Source: a virus
Reading direction: 5' to 3' (one strand)
Length of the DNA: 47,250 nucleotides
Virus genome (UHGV): UHGV-1363746
The notes under the pieces are model-generated. The model had not been told where the DNA came from, did not search any database, and saw nothing but the letters and a program-made list of their open reading frames with translations. Both the position numbers and the translations under genes were made by a program. Within the stretch, counting starts at the first letter, position 1, and every line of letters starts with the position of its first letter. Below, piece by piece: positions 40,771 to 47,250 of this stretch.

Positions 40771-41485
40771 AGGATACGGTGCACGCCGTGCTGATAATAA
40801 TTTCCGGGTCAGTGGACGAATCCGTGACCGTAACGGTATATACACCAGCAGTAGGGCTTGCCAGAGATGCGCCTGATTCGCCGCCAACAACTACGCCATC
40901 TTTGCGCCACACGTAGGTGTAAGGAGAGACACCACCTTCAACAGCAACAGTTAACGGGCTGCCAGTGCTACCAGTTGATTGCAGGTCGGTAGTGAACGAC
41001 AGAGGTTCAAGGCTTTCTACGGTAACGCTGTCAGAATCATAAACCTTGAATTCAAGGCTGCCAGTCACAATGTCGTTCGTGCCACCTTCGTAGCTGATGC
41101 TGGTGATGTTGCAGTACGCGGTAACGATAGTTGCACCAGTCACCTGACGCACCCACAAGGAAGGCTGGCGACGCGATTTCAGTTCAGTGGCGTAAATCTC
41201 AACCAGACGATGGAAGCCAAACTCATCGCTCGGGTCATTCTTGCGGATTTCAACCTCTGCACTGATGGTCATATCAGAGCTGGTAACGAGAGTGGAAACA
41301 AAGCCGCCAGCGGTATCCGCTTCCGACGTAGTGGTCTGCGGCGAGTAGTCAACACCCTTACTGGTGGTTGAGCCTAAATACTTCCAGTCTCCCGCCTCCG
41401 GAACTGCGTCACCGCACCCTTCAGCAAGGAACAGTCGGGTCATGCGACCGACCAGAACGCCTTTATCATTTGCACAAATAGCCAT
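40769..41485 (-). CDS. major tail protein with C-terminal Ig-like (Big_2-like) domain
   Basis: 238 aa. The C-terminus VSPYTYVWRKDG...GVYTVTVTD is Ig-like. Strong terminator downstream. Confidence 0.55.
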   Translation of the reverse strand: MAICANDKGVLVGRMTRLFLAEGCGDAVPEAGDWKYLGSTTSKGVDYSPQTTTSEADTAGGFVSTLVTSSDMTISAEVEIRKNDPSDEFGFHRLVEIYATELKSRRQPSLWVRQVTGATIVTAYCNITSISYEGGTNDIVTGSLEFKVYDSDSVTVESLEPLSFTTDLQSTGSTGSPLTVAVEGGVSPYTYVWRKDGVVVGGESGASLASPTAGVYTVTVTDSSTDPEIIISTACTVS

Positions 41486-41520
41486 TTCGATCTCCGAATT
41501 GTGTTAGCTGCTAACGTGGT

Positions 41521-41529
41521 GATTATATC
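41521..41529 (-). promoter_or_regulatory. extended -10 promoter TGATATAAT for the major tail gene
   Basis: Minus strand reads TGATATAAT about 35 nt upstream of the major tail protein ATG. Same geometry as at 39765. Confidence 0.45.
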
Positions 41530-41536
41530 ACAGGTG

Positions 41537-41565
41537 TTGACAGTGATTATTTTGTGGTGTAGATT
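41537..41565 (+). promoter_or_regulatory. rightward promoter TTGACA-N17-TAGATT driving a non-coding transcript
   Basis: TTGACAgtgattattttgtggtgTAGATT. Confidence 0.55.
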
Positions 41566-41571
41566 GTATTT

Positions 41572-42218
41572 CAGATGGTTTTCGTGAGCGACTTTGCGGA
41601 CTTTTTAGAAACTGACCACAAAGATAAATGCAAACGATGATGTTGTTCTGATGGCGGCGTAATAGCCTGTAAGTCAGCAAGGTCTTCCGATTCCTTGTAA
41701 ACAAATTCGGCGCAGTGGCCCGCTGTGATTAATAATGGGCACCTACCAATGAGAGCATTGTGATTGATCGTCGTTCTTGCGCGCAAAGTCTGTTCGAAGA
41801 TAGTGCTCTCTTTAGTGGGTAACAACGGGCATGCCGCCTTAGTAAATCCCGCACAGGTGCAGCGAATAATCCGGTAATGTCGTTGCCGTAAGCCACACGA
41901 AACGTGGCACGCAACAGGTAAGAGCATTGAATGTTGACTGGCTTAGCATACCAAATCCAACATTGTTGCAGCAGTGCTCTTTCCGTTGTGGTAATGCGGC
42001 TATGCGCACGCGGCAAGATGAAACGCACTCCATTTGAATGTTGCCTGCTGGAGTCATCGACCAGCAATCTGGAGGCACCAGAGCCACAACACTTAATATC
42101 CAGCATTATCGCAATCATATGTAGGGGTATGTATGGGTTACGGGGCTGGATATTAAGAAAGCACGCTGGCAATGCTTAAACCAGCAATAAGGCCGCCAAG
42201 TGCGGCTTTATTTATTTC
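41572..42218 (+). ncRNA. candidate ~650-nt structured non-coding RNA (novel, unnamed)
   Basis: Bounded by a consensus promoter and an intrinsic terminator. No ORF with an RBS and no protein-like ORF on either strand. Two tandem ~170-nt modules (41746-41915 and 41916-42085) share AGAGCATTG...AGTGCTCT stems and GGTAA..CGG..ATGC blocks, with compensatory internal hairpins. Confidence 0.4.
42188..42218 (+). terminator. rho-independent terminator
   Basis: ggccgccaagtgcggc followed by tttatttattt. Confidence 0.55.
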
Positions 42219-42586
42219 ACAACCCGCAAAAGCAACTCATGCACTGGTCTTTTTTCTTCCGTCAGCATTGGTCTTCCCAGTGGAGCCTGCAACTGGATGT
42301 AGTTAACGCATGAATCAATCGGGTGAGTTTTGATGTATTCGATAATCTCATTGGCCTTCGCATCAACATCAGACACGTTGCATTGACCACGTTTACCAAC
42401 AACGTACAGCGAGAAATAGAAGTCACCGCCGAGGCCATCCATCACCTGCGTGCCTCCATTGGATTGCAGGACAATAAATTGCTCGTTGCCATCTCCGGTG
42501 TCATTCCAGAACTGTAACTGCGAAGTCCAGCCATCATATAATCCGGCATCCTGAAGGTAAGCATCAACCAGCTCAAGCATATTCAT
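42212..42586 (-). CDS. tail completion/terminator-like connector protein (putative)
   Basis: 124 aa, last of four small coupled neck genes. Confidence 0.35.
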   Translation of the reverse strand: MNMLELVDAYLQDAGLYDGWTSQLQFWNDTGDGNEQFIVLQSNGGTQVMDGLGGDFYFSLYVVGKRGQCNVSDVDAKANEIIEYIKTHPIDSCVNYIQLQAPLGRPMLTEEKRPVHELLLRVVK

Positions 42587-42984
42587 TAGAGCGTCATCTC
42601 CTTCTTAATTACACTATCAACCAGGTCTTTTGTGCGCTGCGCCGCCTTGGTCAGGAATTGCGGCTCACCACCGGGACTCCAGTATGTACCGTTACCATTG
42701 CTGCGCGGCTTACCTGTGAGTTTGCCACTGGCGTTATGAACGTAAAGCGCATATTTTGCAGAGTAGCCAACCTTGCCAGTGATCCGCGTTCCGCTGACTT
42801 CCACAGTATCAAACTGACTGTTAATCAGTGTCGATGTATCAATTGGCGTCAACGTGGCTGATTCGGTGCGGATGATGTATGTCGCAGATTTCAGAGCGCG
42901 CACGGCTTTCGTGGCGATTATCTCATCCACAATCTGCGATGTTCTTTCTACGGCCTGCCGGACGCCTCTTAATTTCGCTGGCAT
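42586..42984 (-). CDS. neck/tail component (HK97 gp10-like position, putative)
   Basis: 132 aa, ATGA-coupled. Confidence 0.35.
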   Translation of the reverse strand: MPAKLRGVRQAVERTSQIVDEIIATKAVRALKSATYIIRTESATLTPIDTSTLINSQFDTVEVSGTRITGKVGYSAKYALYVHNASGKLTGKPRSNGNGTYWSPGGEPQFLTKAAQRTKDLVDSVIKKEMTL

Positions 42985-43331
42985 TACGTCACCAGTGCAA
43001 AGTCAGGAGGCTCAGCTCTATTGAACGTATTGCCATAATTAATCACATTCAGAATCTGGTTTGCGCCAGCCGCCAGCGGGTCAACTTCTGCCACCGTGCC
43101 AATCATGATGTAATCACCTACCTTAGCGCCAGTGTATTCTGTCCAGAAGGTATTTTTCTGCACAATCTCATTACCTTTCGCGTCTGTCGATACGTCATCG
43201 TTAAAGCCATAGTCGCACATGATGCTTACTGGCGCGTCAAAAGTCGGCTTTCCGTACTTGTCATTGCCGCTTTTGTGCCAGATTGTGCATGGTTGCGTGT
43301 AGGAAAAACGAGCCAGTGAAGTCATTTGCAC
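42984..43331 (-). CDS. head closure / head-tail joining protein (putative)
   Basis: 115 aa, ATGA-coupled. Confidence 0.35.
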   Translation of the reverse strand: MQMTSLARFSYTQPCTIWHKSGNDKYGKPTFDAPVSIMCDYGFNDDVSTDAKGNEIVQKNTFWTEYTGAKVGDYIMIGTVAEVDPLAAGANQILNVINYGNTFNRAEPPDFALVT

Positions 43332-43750
43332 TTACCCCCACGCACAACCGCAAACCACGGTTTACCGCTTCCGTCAGGGTCTTCCACCAAATCGCCAGTG
43401 CATCCGGCTGTATCCAGCAGTTTCATCTGATTGTACAGCGCCACCCACGGTTTGCTGCCATACGCGAATGATTGTGATGCTCCAGACGGTGCGCTCTGAC
43501 TGGTAACGTAGCGACCGGCGGTATTAGCGCCAATCAGGATGGAAGCCCACAGCATGATCGCATTTTGTCGGCATTCATCATTTGGGTAGCTCAGTTCAAG
43601 GCATTCACTGATTGACGCCACAAGACACAGAATACCAGACGCATCTGTTGTGGTGATAGTCATTCCACGGGATGCCATCTGGTTTACTAATTCTTCAGGT
43701 GTTGGTGCTGCCATTTCTCTTTGACTCCCGTACTTTCCACCACATCTCAA
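43322..43750 (-). CDS. head-tail adaptor-like protein (putative)
   Basis: 142 aa. The real start may be MAAPTPEEL. Confidence 0.35.
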   Translation of the reverse strand: MRCGGKYGSQREMAAPTPEELVNQMASRGMTITTTDASGILCLVASISECLELSYPNDECRQNAIMLWASILIGANTAGRYVTSQSAPSGASQSFAYGSKPWVALYNQMKLLDTAGCTGDLVEDPDGSGKPWFAVVRGGKCK

Positions 43751-43979
43751 AAAGGTTTTTTATCACCAGAGACAATGCGCCAAGGATTGACGCCACTGCC
43801 GCCCATTCAGTTAATGATTGTGGAATCATGGCTTCAAAATAAGACTGCGCGACAGGTGTTTGCTCTGCAACTTTCAGGCCAATGCCAGTGCCAATAGAAG
43901 CATACCCAGCCTTATCAATCACCTGCCCCGTCGTCCCGCTTATAACTTGCTCTGCGGCCTGTCTTAGTGTTTCGTTCAT
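43695..43979 (-). CDS. hypothetical protein with C-terminal TM helix
   Basis: 94-aa ORF. Confidence 0.35.
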   Translation of the reverse strand: MNETLRQAAEQVISGTTGQVIDKAGYASIGTGIGLKVAEQTPVAQSYFEAMIPQSLTEWAAVASILGALSLVIKNLFEMWWKVRESKRNGSTNT

Positions 43980-44011
43980 TGCGAGTCTCGCTGATAATAT
44001 GTTTCCAGCAC

Positions 44012-44452
44012 TTATAGATTTGAATCAGCGAAAAAACAATGGCGACCACGCCAAGAATAATGTCCAATTTCGCCGCCCCATTTAAAAGTGATGGAAAGGA
44101 TGAACAGATGGATGCCGATAATAATAAATGCGTACTGCGCATGAAGCGGCGTTTCTACAGGCGTGATAAATTCCCATACGAATGACTCTATCGCTACCAG
44201 CCATTCGTAAAGGCTCATCGTCAGCACGCAGAGCGCCATCTTTGTACTTTTGCGCAGCGCAATAGCCGGAAACAACCAGACCATAGACTGTGCAAGGTAA
44301 TACAGATATTCGGCGGGAAATGAATCAACAAGCACCCATCCAAGATACACAGACATCACCATTGCCGGAATGAACACCAGAAACGCAACCATGCCTGTGC
44401 AGGCAAAACCCAGCACATACATGATCATGATGGCAATATCTGCGCCGAACAT
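44012..44452 (-). CDS. predicted 4-TM membrane protein
   Basis: 146 aa, strongly hydrophobic. Confidence 0.45.
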   Translation of the reverse strand: MFGADIAIMIMYVLGFACTGMVAFLVFIPAMVMSVYLGWVLVDSFPAEYLYYLAQSMVWLFPAIALRKSTKMALCVLTMSLYEWLVAIESFVWEFITPVETPLHAQYAFIIIGIHLFILSITFKWGGEIGHYSWRGRHCFFADSNL

Positions 44453-44571
44453 TATTTCTTACCGCGCGATGGTGAACGAGTGGAACCGTTTGGCTTCACT
44501 GTGCCAGTTTTGCCGCCAGTTTTGGTATTGCCAGTGGCGCGTGAGCGAGACGGCGAATTGGTTGAACCCAT
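44452..44571 (-). CDS. 39-aa highly basic Ser/Thr/Gly-rich peptide
   Basis: AGGAG RBS 6 nt upstream. Product MGSTNSPSRSRATGNTKTGGKTGTVKPNGSTRSPSRGKK. TAATG overlap with the next gene. Confidence 0.4.
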   Translation of the reverse strand: MGSTNSPSRSRATGNTKTGGKTGTVKPNGSTRSPSRGKK

Positions 44572-44601
44572 GTTTAAATCTCCTGTTGTTTGATTAGCAT
44601 G

Positions 44602-44610
44602 ATTTTAGCA
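44602..44610 (-). promoter_or_regulatory. extended -10 promoter TGCTAAAAT for the connector block
   Basis: Minus strand reads TGCTAAAAT about 30 nt upstream of the 39-aa ORF. Confidence 0.35.
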
Positions 44611-44618
44611 TATTCCTG

Positions 44619-44647
44619 TTGACGTAGATTGATGCTGCGTTTATAGT
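44619..44647 (+). promoter_or_regulatory. rightward promoter TTGACG-N17-TATAGT
   Basis: TTGACGtagattgatgctgcgttTATAGT followed by the leader TGATGTAGAAACAACAATAAATG and a GAGGTGA RBS. Confidence 0.55.
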
Positions 44648-44687
44648 TAGTGATGTAGAAACAACAATAAATGTTAGAGGTGATGAA

Positions 44688-45311
44688 ATGAGTAGTAACG
44701 CAAAACATTATGATTATTACATGGTTGAAGGTGTTGATGTTAAGAAGGTTATTGACGCATATGATGACATCCAAAAGCGCCGCAATGAAATTCTCGGCGA
44801 CGCAATGAAAAAGGTTGGAGCCATCGCATTTACCACAACGCGCAGTTGGGGTGCTGTTGGTGGAGGTCTGCTTGAGAGCTTTGTGTGGAGTAAGCAGTTT
44901 GAATTTCCGTGCTCCGTGACAATAAAGCGTGAAGATTTTTGGGATGGTCAGCGCGTAGTTGTGGCTCGCGGGAAAGGAAACACAAAGGATGGTCGTGAAT
45001 ACAATAAAAAACTTGACGCTGTGATGCGCGAAGCAAATGAGCAATTAAAGTCATTGCCAGAATGGAAGGACTACATCGTTAATCATTATGGCATTGCGCG
45101 CACAGGCATTGGTGAGCAATCTGCTCGCGGATTTGGTTTTGCAATGCTGTCTACTTATGGCGGAAAACACCCGCAAAAGAATGATTGCCTGATTTTTGCC
45201 GTGCCAAATACAAAAGATGAAGGTCATGGGCAGGTAACAATACCTGATAACTTTAAGCAGATAACCTACGGTCAGTTTTATGATATCGCTAATTCAGGTG
45301 ATGAGGAATAA
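44688..45311 (+). CDS. hypothetical protein
   Basis: 207 aa, first gene of the right-end plus-strand island. Confidence 0.5.
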   Translation: MSSNAKHYDYYMVEGVDVKKVIDAYDDIQKRRNEILGDAMKKVGAIAFTTTRSWGAVGGGLLESFVWSKQFEFPCSVTIKREDFWDGQRVVVARGKGNTKDGREYNKKLDAVMREANEQLKSLPEWKDYIVNHYGIARTGIGEQSARGFGFAMLSTYGGKHPQKNDCLIFAVPNTKDEGHGQVTIPDNFKQITYGQFYDIANSGDEE

Positions 45312-45313
45312 TC

Positions 45314-45505
45314 ATGGCAAACATGTCCTACTGTAGATTCCGTAACACGGAGCAAGATTTCAACGATTGTGTTGATGCAATTGGCAACATTGAGTCTATT
45401 GGTGACTTAAGCAATGCAGAACGCAAGTCTGCTGAGCGCCTGTACCATCTGGCTAATGAGTACGTCGCATATTACGAGCAATTATTAGAAGAAAGTGGTG
45501 AATGA
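45314..45505 (+). CDS. hypothetical acidic protein
   Basis: 63-aa ORF. Confidence 0.4.
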   Translation: MANMSYCRFRNTEQDFNDCVDAIGNIESIGDLSNAERKSAERLYHLANEYVAYYEQLLEESGE

Positions 45506-45506
45506 C

Positions 45507-45878
45507 ATGAAAGATGAATTCAAGGGTACGAAAGGTGAGTGGAAGTGCGTTAAGCGCCATGAAGTTTATACTGATGTAGTTGATGATAATGGTTTTGGGA
45601 TCATTAGGGTGATTAATTCTATAGCAATTATCCCTGGCTGGGAGAAGGCTGGGTTTGAACACTGGAGCGATGAAGGCGCTCATAGGGATGTATCACGCAT
45701 TGAGCATTTGTCGAATACAAAGTTAGTAGCCGCAGCGCCAGAATTACTTGAAGCGCTTCGCCAGCTTCGCGATTACGTTGAGGATGTTTACGCAGTATCT
45801 TCTGATGATTGTCATGAGGACCATCCATTAAATATGGCTAACAAAGCGATCAAGAAAGCATTAGGAAAGAAACAATGA
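45507..45878 (+). CDS. hypothetical protein
   Basis: RBS AAGTGGTGA. Start at MKDEFKG. Confidence 0.45.
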   Translation: MKDEFKGTKGEWKCVKRHEVYTDVVDDNGFGIIRVINSIAIIPGWEKAGFEHWSDEGAHRDVSRIEHLSNTKLVAAAPELLEALRQLRDYVEDVYAVSSDDCHEDHPLNMANKAIKKALGKKQ

Positions 45879-46684
45879 AAACACTAAGCAAAATCTATTC
45901 AGACAAAGAAACGCGCAACGGCATCGCTGTTAACAAAACCTATCTCGTGCCAGTGGAGCAAATCTATCTTGAGCCGGGATACAACATCCGAGAAGCAGAT
46001 GAACAGCATGTGGAGTATTTCGCACAGTGCTGGGAGTCAGGTCAGCCATTACCAGCGTTAACAGTTATTCCTGACGAGAAGGGAATCCGAATTCTTGATG
46101 GTCAGCATCGTTATCTCGGAGCATTGCGCGCCATTGAGCGTGGCGCACCAATCGTTCGCATTGAGTGTAAGGATTTCACTGGTGATGAGGCGGACAAAAT
46201 TGCCTTCATGGTGTCATCCAGTCAGGGAAAGCAACTTGACCCGTTTGAACGTGCAAAGGCTTACACGAGACTGAAAGGTTTTGGCTGGACGAATGAAGAA
46301 ATCGCCAAGAAGGTAGGGCGCTCAGTATCTGACGTTCAAATGCATCTGTCGTTGGGTGATGTGCCAGCCGAAGTAAAAGCTCGTATCAGTGCCGGGCAAA
46401 TCAGCTATGCAAATGCCGTAGCGGTAACGCGTGAGCATGGCGATGATGCAGTTAAAGTTATCGACGAAGCGGTCGAAGAAGCCAAAGCACAAGGCAAGGA
46501 CAAGGTAACAGCGAAGGTGCTGAAGTCCAAAAAGATTAAGCCAGTAGACCGCCTGATTGAGTTATTGAAGCCAGCAGACCACGTAATTCTCCCTGCTGGT
46601 CATGTGGTGGCAGAGGATGAGGAATTTATCCAGATTCCTGTTGCTGATATTCACGAGGTTATGGCAATTCTGGAGAAGATGTGA
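45875..46684 (+). CDS. ParB/Srx N-terminal domain protein (ParB-like nuclease/partition family)
   Basis: ILDGQHRYLGA motif with a downstream HTH-like segment. Confidence 0.55.
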   Translation: MKTLSKIYSDKETRNGIAVNKTYLVPVEQIYLEPGYNIREADEQHVEYFAQCWESGQPLPALTVIPDEKGIRILDGQHRYLGALRAIERGAPIVRIECKDFTGDEADKIAFMVSSSQGKQLDPFERAKAYTRLKGFGWTNEEIAKKVGRSVSDVQMHLSLGDVPAEVKARISAGQISYANAVAVTREHGDDAVKVIDEAVEEAKAQGKDKVTAKVLKSKKIKPVDRLIELLKPADHVILPAGHVVAEDEEFIQIPVADIHEVMAILEKM

Positions 46685-46914
46685 TGACAATGAAAACAAT
46701 AAATATCTATCAGTGCGACCGTTGTGGATATGAGACGCAAAATCCAGATGAATGGGTTAATCATGAAAGCGGCAAACTTAATATTTCATATTCAGGAAGC
46801 CTAGGCTCATCTTCGTACAATGGTGATTGCGGAGGCATTAACATCGGAGAGAATAAGTGGCTATGCCTGCAATGTACCAAAAAATTCATTGAATTTATGG
46901 CTGGTGATAAATGA
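46681..46914 (+). CDS. zinc-ribbon small protein
   Basis: CDRCG...CLQC. 77 aa. Confidence 0.4.
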   Translation: MMTMKTINIYQCDRCGYETQNPDEWVNHESGKLNISYSGSLGSSSYNGDCGGINIGENKWLCLQCTKKFIEFMAGDK

Positions 46915-46996
46915 CACCAATAGAGAAAATATGTTGCCCACTACATGGTGGTAGTGGAACTAAATCAACGTGCCCATACTGCAAATAGGTTGGAAA

Positions 46997-47170
46997 ATGA
47001 ACGCAGAACAATTCATCGAAAAACAACTTCGCAACAAGCTGCCTGACATAGACCAGATGGCAATTGACGCGGCAATCCAGTATTACAATCGCAACCAGAG
47101 CGCAAAGAAAGGTGGCATTTTTGATGAGTGCCTGAAAGTAGCAAAACAACACATGATAAAGGTGAAGTGA
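46997..47170 (+). CDS. hypothetical protein
   Basis: Start at MNAEQFIEK. Confidence 0.3.
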   Translation: MNAEQFIEKQLRNKLPDIDQMAIDAAIQYYNRNQSAKKGGIFDECLKVAKQHMIKVK

Positions 47171-47250
47171 TGAAACTAAAAATCAGCAAATTATTACTTG
47201 AATCAGCATTAATATTTCAGGCTCGCAATGATGTGCGATATTACCTGAAC
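47170..47250 (+). CDS. hypothetical protein, 3'-truncated by the window end
   Basis: ORF MKLKISKLLLES... runs off the window. Confidence 0.3.
   Translation, partial: MKLKISKLLLESALIFQARNDVRYYLN

Noticed and set aside
41786-41800. tRNA-like T-loop motif GTTCGAAG
   Set aside because: No acceptor or anticodon arms can be drawn. No tRNA cloverleaf found anywhere in the window.
41571-42179. ORFs inside the candidate ncRNA region (plus strand 41931..42179, 82 aa; minus strand 41571..41927 and 41729..42172)
   Set aside because: No Shine-Dalgarno sequences. Cys-rich, low-complexity, non-protein-like translations. All mutually overlapping. Treated as non-coding.

Overview
This 47.25-kb window looks like an essentially complete or near-complete genome of a tailed, siphovirus-type enterobacterial phage. 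GC content is about 50%, and the lysis cassette carries a lambda R-type endolysin with Rz/Rz1-like spanins. No integrase, repressor, tRNA or CRISPR array was found.

Leftward (minus-strand) blocks carry virion, lysis and packaging genes. These include TerS/TerL, portal, a Mu-F/SPP1-gp7-like head morphogenesis protein, a protease-scaffold fusion, a putative decoration protein and the major capsid protein. The tail side carries four connector/tail-completion genes, a major tail protein with a C-terminal Ig-like domain, a chaperone-like gene, a 792-aa tape measure, L/M/K-like tip proteins (the K-like one with an NlpC/P60 domain), an 824-aa J-like fibre and a pectate-lyase-fold tailspike.

These blocks are interrupted by rightward (plus-strand) islands. 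Each island opens with a near-identical sigma70-type promoter (TTGACR-N17-TAGATT) followed by an extended Shine-Dalgarno leader (AATGAGGTGATG), and closes with a hairpin terminator.

The plus-strand islands encode replication and recombination functions plus many small accessory genes. The replication set comprises an iteron/hairpin plus AT-rich ori-like region, a 518-aa putative initiator, a zinc-ribbon/Toprim primase on the opposite strand, a DEXH helicase, a VRR-NUC nuclease, a Cas4/RecB-like exonuclease, a Sak4 annealase and SSB. The small accessory genes include a DUF2829 (Tad2-like) protein, a Lar-like zinc ribbon, a superinfection-immunity protein, DUF551, a DUF2591-like protein, ASCH/DUF3850, a ParB-like protein and an HslV-like Ntn hydrolase.

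The most unusual feature is a promoter-to-terminator unit of about 650 nt at 41.57-42.22 kb with no credible ORF. It is inserted antisense between the connector genes and the major tail protein gene and contains two tandem ~170-nt modules whose stems differ by compensatory changes, which suggests a large structured ncRNA.

Other notable points are a truncated GH24 lysozyme remnant directly upstream of the R-type endolysin, which suggests module replacement; extended -10 promoters (TGnTAnAAT) in front of the structural blocks; and a recurrent palindromic TTGAYGTAGAT element at divergent control regions.
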